This document shows, one piece after another, positions 50,462 to 60,140 of a stretch of 64,000 bases of DNA (position 1 is its first letter; the number at the start of each line of letters is the position of its first letter). Location of the stretch: positions 160,001 through 224,000 of the forward strand of contig JAHLWR010000001.1 of NCBI GenBank assembly GCA_019057815.1, in the 5' to 3' direction. The translations under genes and the position numbers were made by a program. The stretch is from Candidatus Heimdallarchaeota archaeon (GTDB lineage: Archaea; Asgardarchaeota; Heimdallarchaeia; Heimdallarchaeales; Heimdallarchaeaceae). The notes beneath the pieces are model-generated. The model saw only the letters and a program-made list of their open reading frames with translations. It did not search any database and was not told the origin of the DNA.

Positions 50462-51449
50462 AGATGCAGAGAGTTTCTTTGGAAAACATATCTGGATGAC
50501 TATAATTTTGTTAATCATATTATATGATGCAATAGCACATCTAGTATATTATGGGTTGAGAAATGTAGAATATTTGGATGATAATTATTATATAATATTC
50601 TTAATAAAATTCGCTCTTTTCGCATTACTGTTAATGATAATTGTACCTTATGTAATGAAAATACAAGGAAAAAACAGGGGATATAAGGAATTTCTGAAAG
50701 ACATAAGGATAACAAAGATAAAACCTCTAATAAGAATAATAGGGTTAGGGATACTAACAGCTGGAGTGGTACTAGCGTGTGTACTTGTAACGTTACTGAT
50801 ATCAGATCAGTTATACACTGTATCATTTGAATTAGATATAAAAGCTATACTTGGTTCAACATCAGCAATCTATACATCGTTGATACCTGGAATATGGGAA
50901 GAAGTGTTGTTTAGAGGAATAATAATAACATTATTACTAAAAAAATACTCGGAAAAAGAGTCAATATTACTAAGCGCGTTATTGTTTGGTTTTTCCCATA
51001 ACTCTAATCTTATGAATTCTATCTATTATAGTGATTCAACTCTATTCTACCACGTGATAGGAGTGCAGTTTCAAGTAATATTCACTTTTTTCTGGGGAAT
51101 AATGTTTGGTTATCTATTTATAAAAACTAAAAGTTTAGTACCAGGAATGATATTGCATTACCTTTTCAATACCTTTAATGGAGTGTTTATTTTGCGTATA
51201 GAGGACCCTATATCATGGATATGGGTTGTTGGGGTTATATATGTCTATTTAGCGAAAGGGGTGGCAATGTTCTTTAATATAGGGATAATAAAAGTGATCT
51301 ATACTAAATTCCCTGAGAAAACAACTATTTCAACAGACGCGATGGGAGTAGAATACTGTCCAAATTGTGGAGAACAATCACAGAGAGAAGACAAGTTCTG
51401 TAAGAAGTGCGGAGTAATAATAAAAAATAATACTGGGGTCGAAAATTAA
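50418..51449 (+). CDS. CPBP/Abi family intramembrane glutamic protease with C-terminal zinc ribbon
   Basis: EEVLFRG, LLFGFSH, GMILHYLFN motifs; multiple TM; CPNC..CKKC tail. Confidence 0.9.
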   Translation: MVKKMVVMEEKNSIRDAESFFGKHIWMTIILLIILYDAIAHLVYYGLRNVEYLDDNYYIIFLIKFALFALLLMIIVPYVMKIQGKNRGYKEFLKDIRITKIKPLIRIIGLGILTAGVVLACVLVTLLISDQLYTVSFELDIKAILGSTSAIYTSLIPGIWEEVLFRGIIITLLLKKYSEKESILLSALLFGFSHNSNLMNSIYYSDSTLFYHVIGVQFQVIFTFFWGIMFGYLFIKTKSLVPGMILHYLFNTFNGVFILRIEDPISWIWVVGVIYVYLAKGVAMFFNIGIIKVIYTKFPEKTTISTDAMGVEYCPNCGEQSQREDKFCKKCGVIIKNNTGVEN

Positions 51450-51547
51450 CAATTTGCATGTTTTCGACAAAATAATTCTTAAAACTCATTTTGTCTCTAT
51501 TTAGTAATCATAAACTGTCAATGATTCTATTGGAAAAAATATATTAC

Positions 51548-51914
51548 CTAAATCTCCAAAATTCCCCATATGTTTTCCATCAATCCTTGCATCGTGAGCT
51601 TGAGCACAATCTTCTATAATTTTAAGGTTATAATCTTCAGCTATATCTTGTATTGCTTTCATATCACAAGGGTTACCAAAAATATGTACTGGCATTATAG
51701 CTTTTGTTTTGTTAGTAATTTTCTCTTCAAGTTTTTCAGGATCAATATTGTACGTTTCTGGATTAATGTCTGCAAAAATTGGTATTGCACCATTGAAGAA
51801 AATAACATTTGAGGACGCAATAAACGTAAAAGGAGTTGTTATTACCTCATCCTTAGGACCTATATCTAAAGCTGTAATAGCCATATGTAATGAACATGTT
51901 CCGTTTACAGCTGT
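51548..51914 (-). pseudogene. DegT/DnrJ/EryC1/StrS aminotransferase, N-terminal/middle fragment
   Basis: AVNGTCSLHMAITALDIGPKDEVITTPFTFIAS...KAIMPVHIFG...IIEDCAQAH..., truncated after GDLG and before the PLP lysine. Confidence 0.88.
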
Positions 51915-52100
51915 TACAAGGATTTATCTAATTGGCATATGTCACGAGTTATCAATTATCCTGATTATAGTAAGGTTTCTTGTCCCAATTCTGAATACAC
52001 TGCCCGTAACCATTTTGAAATTCCAATGGTTTCTACTTTAACCGATGAAAAAATTCAATACATTGTTCAAACGCTTAAAGGATTTTTTAAAAATGCCTAG
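51912..52100 (+). pseudogene. DegT-family aminotransferase C-terminal fragment (opposite strand)
   Basis: Manual translation CYKDLSNWHMSRVINYPDYSKVSCPNSEYTARNHFEIPMVSTLTDEKIQYIVQTLKGFFKNA* fits the family C-terminus (CP.SE.....L.LP....L....I..IV). Confidence 0.7.
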
Positions 52101-52182
52101 AATAATTTCAAATATTTTTCTTTTTATTTTCTATCGCTTCTTTTCCGAAAACCTTTTTTGGTTATAGTTTAAGGAATGTATA

Positions 52183-53112
52183 ATGAATAGTTCAGACTCT
52201 GAGGAATTTACTTTGTATTTATCTTTGTTTGAAGTGAATGAAGCTGACCATGTTGAGTTTTCAGTTTCTTATGCAGGAGAAAGTAACGAAACTGATAGAT
52301 TGCTTCTCATAGGAACTAATAATAATCTAAAATCAGACATATCCCAAGCTAAGCTTTTTGAGGTTAAAGAGCAATCTGGCCAGTATTTGTACACTATAAC
52401 ATTTCCAATATGGGAAGAAGGTACTTTCCAAGCAGTTATCCAAAGAGAGGGAAAATACATTTATGAACCCGGTGAAGCTCATACTCTATCTTTTAGAGCA
52501 AAATCAATCTTTCTAGATTTAAGAAAAATCTACCACCTCTCTAAAAAACCAGTTCGAGCAATAATTGAAGAAATTGAACCTGAAATCGTAGAGGAATTAC
52601 TTGAAGCTCAAGCTGAGAGTGTTGAAGAAATAAAAGAAGAGATTGTTGAAGAAGAAAAGTTGCCTGTTGCATATGATGAAAAAAACATGTTAAGTCTTAA
52701 ACCAAAAGAATTTCATGACTTTACTCCCGAATTGAAGACAAGGATTCTGCAACTTCTAGACTACCTTACAAACCAGAAAAGTAAACAATTGATTCTGGAT
52801 CCAGTAATACTTCCAGATATTGCGAGATCATTAAAACAGTGCATCGCTGAAGAATTACGATTTTCTATATATGAAGCTTGTTTCCCTCTGGTTATACTTA
52901 TTGAGAAAGCACTAATGTTATTCGTGTTAATTCAAAAAGAAACACCTAGTGAAGAGAATATTAAGAAATACAAAACCGAAGTAGCAGAAAAAGCTGAAGA
53001 ATTCAAAGATAAGATAAAAAATATGGAATTCAAAAAGTCAATTGAATTAATTAAGAGAGAATACGATGATGATGTTCATACTCTTAAAATGCTGCTCATA
53101 AAAGAGTTCTAG
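52183..53112 (+). CDS. hypothetical protein (N-terminal beta domain, acidic linker, helical C-terminus)
   Basis: 309-aa ORF; no family recognised. Confidence 0.65.
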   Translation: MNSSDSEEFTLYLSLFEVNEADHVEFSVSYAGESNETDRLLLIGTNNNLKSDISQAKLFEVKEQSGQYLYTITFPIWEEGTFQAVIQREGKYIYEPGEAHTLSFRAKSIFLDLRKIYHLSKKPVRAIIEEIEPEIVEELLEAQAESVEEIKEEIVEEEKLPVAYDEKNMLSLKPKEFHDFTPELKTRILQLLDYLTNQKSKQLILDPVILPDIARSLKQCIAEELRFSIYEACFPLVILIEKALMLFVLIQKETPSEENIKKYKTEVAEKAEEFKDKIKNMEFKKSIELIKREYDDDVHTLKMLLIKEF

Positions 53113-53135
53113 AAAAGTTGACCAATAATTGTAAT

Positions 53136-54254
53136 TTAAACAGTTGTCAAGACTATTTTCTTTAGCTTATATTGATGAAATCCTACTATCACCTTTACAA
53201 AACCATTTTTGATGTCAGATATAGTCACTTGTTCATTTAAATCCAATTGCAAAGCATCAATGGTTTCTAGTTTTGTTTCTGTAGAAATAATGATGATTTG
53301 CAAGGACTTGATGTTTTTTAGAATGTGCGCACTTATTTGTTGATTACCTCTACCAAAAATAAAACCTGTTCCCCCTATTGGAGTCAATACGATTTTAACA
53401 TCTTGTCCTTCTATAATCTCAAAAAGTAGGTTCTCATCTACATCTTTGTGAGTCAACTTACCATCAGTTAATACATCGACTCCCAGTAGAGTTTTTTCTA
53501 TTTCCAACTCTTTCATTACATGGAAAATAGTACTTCCAGTGCCTAAAAGAACTATTCCTTCATTAATTTTATGCACTTCTTCTAGTTCTAAACTTATTGA
53601 AAAGAAGCTATCCATTGAATCACTCGATGAAGAAACTTTTCCTCCTTGTATTAAGCCAGGTTTCTGAGGAACTATGGATTGACCAAAAAGGGTTGCATGA
53701 ACTTTGTTTTCTCTAAACAGTTTCTCATCAACGTCCATTATATCTTCTGGAGCAAAGTCTACATCTTCTTTAACCATTGCTTCAATTATATCACCAAAGT
53801 CGGAGGGGCGATACAAGAAGCAACCACTGAACATTTTAACTCCTGAAGGGATTCCAAGGATGGGTATTTTGTCGCTAATAATTGATGCAACGTCTCTTGC
53901 GGTACCATCACCACCTACAAAAACGATTAAGTCGACTTTTTCTTGAATGAAAGCAGTACAAGCGTTTTTAGTATCTTGAGCGGTAGTAATAGACTTTGAT
54001 GGAGTATATTCAAGATGTTTTTCAAAAGGTAGAGAGGATAAAAGTTCTTCTCCCATTGGATCAGCACAGATGTAAAAAGCGAGAGGAAGAGAGGAAGATA
54101 AAGAAGATAAAGCTGTTTTCACTCTTTCAAAAGCATGGCTTTCACCTTTCTCAAAAAAATCCCATGCAGAATCAAAAGAATCTGTACCTTTCCATGCTCT
54201 TTTTCCACCTAATCCAGCAATTGGGTTCACAATAAAACCAATTTTAAGTGACAC
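53136..54254 (-). CDS. ATP-NAD/AcoX kinase family protein
   Basis: GFIVNPIAGLGG, KGTD, GGDGTARD, GIPSGVKMFSG, GFIFGRGNQQIS. Confidence 0.9.
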   Translation of the reverse strand: MSLKIGFIVNPIAGLGGKRAWKGTDSFDSAWDFFEKGESHAFERVKTALSSLSSSLPLAFYICADPMGEELLSSLPFEKHLEYTPSKSITTAQDTKNACTAFIQEKVDLIVFVGGDGTARDVASIISDKIPILGIPSGVKMFSGCFLYRPSDFGDIIEAMVKEDVDFAPEDIMDVDEKLFRENKVHATLFGQSIVPQKPGLIQGGKVSSSSDSMDSFFSISLELEEVHKINEGIVLLGTGSTIFHVMKELEIEKTLLGVDVLTDGKLTHKDVDENLLFEIIEGQDVKIVLTPIGGTGFIFGRGNQQISAHILKNIKSLQIIIISTETKLETIDALQLDLNEQVTISDIKNGFVKVIVGFHQYKLKKIVLTTV

Positions 54255-54309
54255 GTTTAATAGACAAAAATTTGTGTTAAATTAAACTTTGGTTTAGACC
54301 ACGAAAAGA

Positions 54310-54681
54310 TTAATTTTTTTTGGAAAGAGGAAAATATAAATCTAATATTCTAGAAAAAGAAAGTTTTTTCCCTGCACGTTTTTCTACTACCTTTTTGTGG
54401 AGTAAATATGTTACAATGAACATTACAACGATTATCACATATCCTAATAGGCTTAGATACGGAGACAAAGCTAATTTTTCTGCTTGAGCATCAATGAAGA
54501 AAACAGGATAAGCGAACATGCTAATGAGCCATATTAAACCCCAGATGCTAAAATTTATCATTATATTTCTAAAACTCCAGTCTCCATGAATAGTTGTAAA
54601 CAATAGAGTTTCTAAAAGAGCTGTTATCATATAGGCTGTTCCATAAAAGAGAAGAATCTCTCGTTTTCTGAAGTTGGTCAC
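54310..54681 (-). CDS. hypothetical 3-TM membrane protein
   Basis: Three hydrophobic segments. Confidence 0.6.
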   Translation of the reverse strand: MTNFRKREILLFYGTAYMITALLETLLFTTIHGDWSFRNIMINFSIWGLIWLISMFAYPVFFIDAQAEKLALSPYLSLLGYVIIVVMFIVTYLLHKKVVEKRAGKKLSFSRILDLYFPLSKKN

Positions 54682-55012
54682 AAACTAGGGAAAGCTATAA
54701 GTGTTTTAAGTTTAACGTATAAGCAGAATTTTCTAATTTGGAGATTATTTTTTCATTCAAGAAACTAAACAAGAATAAAGGAAAAGGTATAAATATCTAA
54801 ATAACCATATATTAAGTACAAAACAAAAGTAGTTAGGCTTAAAAATAGTAGGAAAGGGGTTTTCTACTGTTTCTATGTTTAAAATACTGTGAAATAGCGT
54901 AAGCGAGTGCTATTGAATAAAGCAAAAATTTATAAAGACACAAGTAACGAACAGAACCGCAACCAGGAATCATCAGTAGATAACGCTTACAAAGAATAAT
55001 CTATTAACCTGA

Positions 55013-55300
55013 ATGACAAAGGTGAACAATATGAAAAGAAGAAAATTGCCAAGAGGCGGAGAAGATATAATCAAGGTCTTAGATAAGATAGGTGCTATGA
55101 CGCAAAAAGATATCCTGACCTCCGTCAAACAACCAGAAAGAACAATAAGATACGGAATAAGAAGGCTACTAGAGAAAGGTATCCTCAAAAAAATGTCTAA
55201 TCTTAGTGATATGCGTAGCGTTTATTATTATCTTGCTCCTGAATTACGAAATACTTTCGAATTCCTCAACAATAAAGAAAAAGCAACACAATCTGCATAA
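55013..55300 (+). CDS. winged helix-turn-helix transcriptional regulator
   Basis: GAMTQKDI...PERTIRYGIRRLLEKGIL...DMRSVYY; start probably the ATG at 55030 after GGTGA. Confidence 0.85.
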   Translation: MTKVNNMKRRKLPRGGEDIIKVLDKIGAMTQKDILTSVKQPERTIRYGIRRLLEKGILKKMSNLSDMRSVYYYLAPELRNTFEFLNNKEKATQSA

Positions 55301-55544
55301 TTAAGTTTTAATTAGAGTTTTTTATTGGGACGGAGAAGGAAGTTTTTTTCCCCTTATTTTTCTTTTCTTTTTCTTTTTCTTTTTTTAGATTATCATTGTG
55401 AGGAAGAGGAATAATAAGTGCTAAGAGAATAAATGTAAATAGTTTACTATGAAGAATGTTAACCAAAATAAAGTCAAAATTGCACATTCTTACCTGAACA
55501 AAATGCAAAGATATATTAAGTTTTAAAATATTATTAAATTCATA

Positions 55545-55865
55545 ATGACACACATAAAACCCATGTCAAACATATTAAATTTACACAATGTTATCACCTG
55601 GATGAAAACAATATTCTTAGCTTTTGAATCAGGAAAAATTGATAAAAAAAGCGTTGCAAGTAAAACTAAAATAACTTTAGCTCTACTTCACAAATTTATT
55701 CCTGAAAAAAATGAGAGAGAGAATTATGACCTAATCCTTGATTTGTGTGTCTCACTTTCAACAATAAATCGATCTCAAGGGAATTTCGAGAAATTCTATT
55801 TACAAAGTCTGAAAGTAAATTTAGAGGAAATAGAAAAATCTTTGCTAGTTGAGAAAAATGAGTAG
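55545..55865 (+). CDS. hypothetical helical protein coupled to the small GTPase
   Basis: Stop codon overlaps the GTPase start. Confidence 0.6.
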   Translation: MTHIKPMSNILNLHNVITWMKTIFLAFESGKIDKKSVASKTKITLALLHKFIPEKNERENYDLILDLCVSLSTINRSQGNFEKFYLQSLKVNLEEIEKSLLVEKNE

Positions 55866-56382
55866 AATCCAACCTGATTATAATTTCAAAATTTTGCTAT
55901 TGGGTGATGCTGCAGTAGGTAAGACATCTTTAGTTCAAAAGTTTGTCCATGATAAATTCGCTGAGTCTTATTTGATGACCATTGGTATGGAGCCTAGTGA
56001 GCGATTCGTCACCTTAAAGAATGGGACAATAGTTGCTCTCTCAATTTGGGATCTTGCGGGTCAAGAGCGCTTTAGATTTATTAGACACACGTTTTATCGA
56101 GGGGCAAAAGCAGCTCTATTAGTATTCGATTTAACACGTGATTCTACTCTAAAAAATGCTAAAAAATGGTATCAAGAATTTATTGATAATTGTGGAAAAG
56201 AAACACATACTCTTTTGATTGGTAATAAAAACGATTTACAAAATAAGATTGCTGTTTCAGATGATGAATGTCAAAAAATGAATAGTTATATTAAAAGTTA
56301 TGATTTTATAAGAACTAGCGCTTTAACAGGGGAACATGTAGAAGATGCTTTTACGAAACTAGCAGGATTACTTGTTAAGTAA
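55858..56382 (+). CDS. Rab-like small GTPase (Ras superfamily)
   Basis: FKILLLGDAAVGKTS, TIG, WDLAGQERF, FYRGAKAALLVFD, GNKND, TSA; no C-terminal prenylation cysteines. Confidence 0.95.
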   Translation: MSRIQPDYNFKILLLGDAAVGKTSLVQKFVHDKFAESYLMTIGMEPSERFVTLKNGTIVALSIWDLAGQERFRFIRHTFYRGAKAALLVFDLTRDSTLKNAKKWYQEFIDNCGKETHTLLIGNKNDLQNKIAVSDDECQKMNSYIKSYDFIRTSALTGEHVEDAFTKLAGLLVK

Positions 56383-56404
56383 AAATAAAAAGCTTTATTT
56401 GTCT

Positions 56405-57160
56405 TTATTTGTCTTTTTTATTTTTCTCTTCCTCACCTAAATCACTGTCATCAAAAAGTAGCACACTATCTAATACATCATCTAGTGCTGGTCGCTCTGG
56501 AGGTGCTAAGAGTTCTTTGTCAACTGTTTCATTTATTGCTAAATCTAAGGAAGCGAGATTAGCTCTTTTATCAGAATATTTTCCTCTAGTTCTTACGCCT
56601 GTTGTTTCTAATCTACCTACTATAGATTTTAGTGAGGTTATTTCATTTTTCAAGTCATTAATCGATACTAATCCATCTAATTTTTCTAGAACTTGGTCGA
56701 ATTTGGCATCTCTTACTCCCTCTTCTTCTGATAAAGATTCTTTTTTCTCTTTATCTTCTTCTACAACTGGAATAATTTTTGCTACTGTACTTTTCTCTTT
56801 TGTTTCTTCAATAAAACTCTTCAATTTATCTAATAACGCATCAAATTTAGCTAAATCCTTTTGTGTTCTTTGTTCAAACTTTTTACCATTTTCAGTAATT
56901 TTGGAAATCTTACCACTAGTTATCGGTGTACTAATTTGATGAGTTTTTCTCCTAAAAATCGGGGTACTGAAAGAAGGTTTAACGCTTATTTCCTCTAACG
57001 TGCCCCACTGTTCTCTGTGATGTGATTTTATAGCCTCCAAAATAGCTTCTTCAGGGTTACCATATTCAACAATGAGATCCTCTAGCATGTCCCAATATTC
57101 AAGCGGAATCGGCACTTCAATAATTCGAGCGAATTTTTGCTTTCTGGGTTCTTCATACAT
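56405..57160 (-). CDS. hypothetical protein with RHH-like N-terminus and coiled coils
   Basis: IIEVPIPLEYWDMLEDL...PEEAILEAIK resembles a ribbon-helix-helix; GAGG RBS upstream. Confidence 0.55.
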   Translation of the reverse strand: MYEEPRKQKFARIIEVPIPLEYWDMLEDLIVEYGNPEEAILEAIKSHHREQWGTLEEISVKPSFSTPIFRRKTHQISTPITSGKISKITENGKKFEQRTQKDLAKFDALLDKLKSFIEETKEKSTVAKIIPVVEEDKEKKESLSEEEGVRDAKFDQVLEKLDGLVSINDLKNEITSLKSIVGRLETTGVRTRGKYSDKRANLASLDLAINETVDKELLAPPERPALDDVLDSVLLFDDSDLGEEEKNKKDK

Positions 57161-57409
57161 AAGTCATTCCTCACATTTGGCTATTTTTAACTATGATAAT
57201 CTTTTTGTACAAAACGTTATTAGGTTTTTGTTCTAGATAAAGAAAGAGGAATGAAGAGTCCTCAACAGCTTCATGAATAATCTATTCAACTAATTCAACC
57301 AGTTTTTCCTATTAAAACCTAATAAGAACAGACACATTAAAGTTTTACTAAGTTGTTGAAAGAAGCATAAAATTAAAAACTACTTGAAATACACAGAATT
57401 GATATAAAA

Positions 57410-58114
57410 ATGACTGATACTGAAAAAACTATTTTTGCGTGCTTTGCACATCCAGATGACGAACTTGGATGTATTGGAACATTAACAAAACATGCAGAAA
57501 AAGGTGATAGAGTCGTTCTTGGTTTTACAACTTCTGGTGAGATGGCTTCATTTTTTGAAACTATGAGCTTTTCTGAAATTAAAAAAACTAGAGAGGAACA
57601 AGGGAAAGTAGTAGGAGAAATAGTAGATTGTGAAATCAAATATCTAGGTTATGGTGATACTTCAGTTATTCCATCCCGAGAAAATGCTCTTAAAATGGCT
57701 AAAGTTATTGCGGATATAAAACCAGATGCTATCATTGCATGGGGACAAAACAATAGACATCCTGATCATCGTGGAACAACTCAACTTCTCTATGATGGGA
57801 TGACATTCGCACGAATTCCTCGTTTAACATCTCCTGTTTTACCCCACCGACCAACTTTCCATTTACCTATGTTCATGTATTACGAACCTAATTCTCCATT
57901 AAGAACTTGTTACATCAATGTATCAAATCAATATGAAAAAATAGAAAAAGCATTCAATCTCTATTCTGATTTTTATGGTTGGACAACATCTGATTGGCTT
58001 TATGTAAGAAGAAGAAATGATGGGATGTCTTGTGGAGTCAAATATGCTGAGAAATTCAATGTTCTAAGCCGTTTTTTCCCAGTTGATCAGTATTTACCTT
58101 TAAACAACAAATAG
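57410..58114 (+). CDS. PIG-L/LmbE family deacetylase
   Basis: FAHPDDE, TSGE, REEQ, RHPDH, YAEKF. Confidence 0.92.
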   Translation: MTDTEKTIFACFAHPDDELGCIGTLTKHAEKGDRVVLGFTTSGEMASFFETMSFSEIKKTREEQGKVVGEIVDCEIKYLGYGDTSVIPSRENALKMAKVIADIKPDAIIAWGQNNRHPDHRGTTQLLYDGMTFARIPRLTSPVLPHRPTFHLPMFMYYEPNSPLRTCYINVSNQYEKIEKAFNLYSDFYGWTTSDWLYVRRRNDGMSCGVKYAEKFNVLSRFFPVDQYLPLNNK

Positions 58115-58209
58115 CTGTTCTTTCTCATTATTAGTCTTTCATTCATCTCTAATTATTTTGATTTTTACATGTAATTGAAAAATATCCTTAAAAAGTGTAG
58201 AAAAAGAGA

Positions 58210-58626
58210 ATGGATGTAGGAAGTAACACAATGACAATGGATGATGAATTAAAAAGAATCAAAGAAAGAAAGGCAGAAGAGCTTAAGAGATTATCTCAGC
58301 TAAGACAAGAAAGAATGGAAAATCTGAAAAAAGCTGAAGAAGCTCCAAAAAGCGTAACAGAAGAGGATAAAATGAATGTTATGAACTACTTCCTAACCGC
58401 CGAAGCTTATGAATACTGGAAGGTTTTATACGATACTCAAAATAAAAAAGAAACAGCAGAAACAATTTTTATCAATGTTCTTTATCTTGTAAAGATTGGT
58501 TATATGGAAGGAAGGCAAATATCAAGGTTAGGTATCAAAAAATTGGAAAGAAAAATAGATAATATTCCTTCTACTTTAACAATCAAAAGAAAAGGAGAAA
58601 AAAAAAGAATTCAAAAGGAACTCTAA
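58210..58626 (+). CDS. divergent PDCD5-like (dsDNA-binding) protein
   Basis: DDELKRIKERKAEEL...LTAEA...LVKIG...I....KKL...I....LTIKRK follows the PDCD5 pattern. Confidence 0.65.
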   Translation: MDVGSNTMTMDDELKRIKERKAEELKRLSQLRQERMENLKKAEEAPKSVTEEDKMNVMNYFLTAEAYEYWKVLYDTQNKKETAETIFINVLYLVKIGYMEGRQISRLGIKKLERKIDNIPSTLTIKRKGEKKRIQKEL

Positions 58627-58720
58627 TTTCAACACTTTTGCATAATGAATGCTAGTTTATTTACCAACATTTAAATGCGATGATTGATATATTCAAGATG
58701 AACTAGAAGGTGAAGTTAGA

Positions 58721-58957
58721 ATGAAAATATCCGTAGTTACAGCCATTGGTGGAGGATCAATTGAAGTTGATATGGACTCACATGCTACTGTTGCTCAATT
58801 AAAACGCGAAGTAGCTCGAACGAAAAAAATTCCTGCTAATACAGTTCTTTTAGTGTTTCATGGGAAACAACTTGATGATGCAGAAACTCTCAAAGCTTGT
58901 GGTCTCATGGATGGAGACAAATGTTATATGATTGCTCGAACAAAAGGAGGATATTGA
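58721..58957 (+). CDS. ubiquitin-like protein (precursor ending GGY)
   Basis: Beta-grasp pattern TVAQLK...IP.....LVFHGKQLDD..TL..CGL.DG; RTKGG-Y terminus; GGTGA RBS. Confidence 0.93.
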   Translation: MKISVVTAIGGGSIEVDMDSHATVAQLKREVARTKKIPANTVLLVFHGKQLDDAETLKACGLMDGDKCYMIARTKGGY

Positions 58958-59121
58958 GTAGGGTTTAACTATTTTTGTTTTATATAGTTGTAGTCATATT
59001 TCCAATTATCTAAATTATTAATTTTCCAGAATAATAGTATTCTTTCAGGCTGTGCAAAAATCCTTCAATAACTGTCTTGATAACAGAAACTATTTTAACT
59101 TTCTTTCGTGTCTTTAAATCG

Positions 59122-60123
59122 ATGGAAGAGGACAGCCGCTACTCACGACAATCTTTGATACCTGGATGGGATCAATCAAAATTAGATAGTTGTTCTGTTG
59201 TTTTAGTTGGTATAGGTGCAATTGGTTCCTATGTAGGTACAATTTTAGCTTCTTCAGGTGTAAAAAATATCACAATTATAGATTTTGATTCAATAGAACT
59301 TTCAAACCTTAACCGTCAACTGCTCTTTCGGGATGAAGATATCGGAAAATCTAAATCGGAGGTTGCAGCTGAAAGACTGAAGGAATTGAATCCTGAAATA
59401 ACCATTAAACATTTTAACAAAAAAATGGAGAAAGTTCCCAGTTCAATTTATGAGAAAGCTAATGTGATAATTGCTTGTCTAGACACATTTCTAGGACGCC
59501 GCTGGATTAATTCTATGGCACTAAGAGTCAAAAAACCTCTAGTATTAGGAGGAATGTTTGCTTTCTTGGGAGATGCTCAGGTTATTTTTCCTTTCAAAAC
59601 AGCTTGTTTTGAGTGTCAACCACTAGTATCCCAAGAGGAACTAGCTCAAGCTTGTACTCCCTTTGGTGAAGAAAGGAAAGCAGAGAGAGAAGAGGAAGAA
59701 GAAGCTATACTTCCTGCTGTTGCAACATTATCATCTATAATTGGCGGGTTTATGTCTCAAGAAGCTATGAAAATAATTCTTGGGATTGGTCAACCTTTAC
59801 AAAATTATGTATTTTATGATGGGCTTAGTAATGTGTTTACCCAACTAGAACTAGCACAAAATCCAGAATGTCCAGCTTGTGGGGAACTTTATCGACTTGA
59901 ACAAGTAAAATTTATTGCAACACATGGAGAGAAAATAAGAGATCTTATTGTTCGATTAGCAATGACTTATGGGTTAGCTAAACCAGATCTATTATTTAAA
60001 GGGAAAATACTTGAATATGAAAAAACTATTGAAGAGACAGAACTGGAAAACAACGCTCGTGTCTTTATCATAGACAAAAGTCTAGCTAAACCAATTAAAA
60101 TATTACTTAAGCTTAAAGAGTAA
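59122..60123 (+). CDS. E1-like ubiquitin-activating enzyme with C-terminal ubiquitin-fold domain
   Basis: RYSRQ, GIGAIG, DFDSIELSNLNRQLLF, CLD, CFEC...ACT...CPAC, C-terminal LLFKGKILE..KTIEETEL; start placed at MEEDSRY. Confidence 0.92.
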   Translation: MEEDSRYSRQSLIPGWDQSKLDSCSVVLVGIGAIGSYVGTILASSGVKNITIIDFDSIELSNLNRQLLFRDEDIGKSKSEVAAERLKELNPEITIKHFNKKMEKVPSSIYEKANVIIACLDTFLGRRWINSMALRVKKPLVLGGMFAFLGDAQVIFPFKTACFECQPLVSQEELAQACTPFGEERKAEREEEEEAILPAVATLSSIIGGFMSQEAMKIILGIGQPLQNYVFYDGLSNVFTQLELAQNPECPACGELYRLEQVKFIATHGEKIRDLIVRLAMTYGLAKPDLLFKGKILEYEKTIEETELENNARVFIIDKSLAKPIKILLKLKE

Positions 60124-60140
60124 GTGTCTTCTCTTTCTGA

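Noticed and set aside
54847-54990. Short hairpins (AGTAGGAAA/TTTTCTACT; AATAGC/GCTATT) as an ncRNA or riboswitch
   Set aside because: The stems are short and lie in a divergent promoter region; operators or chance are equally likely
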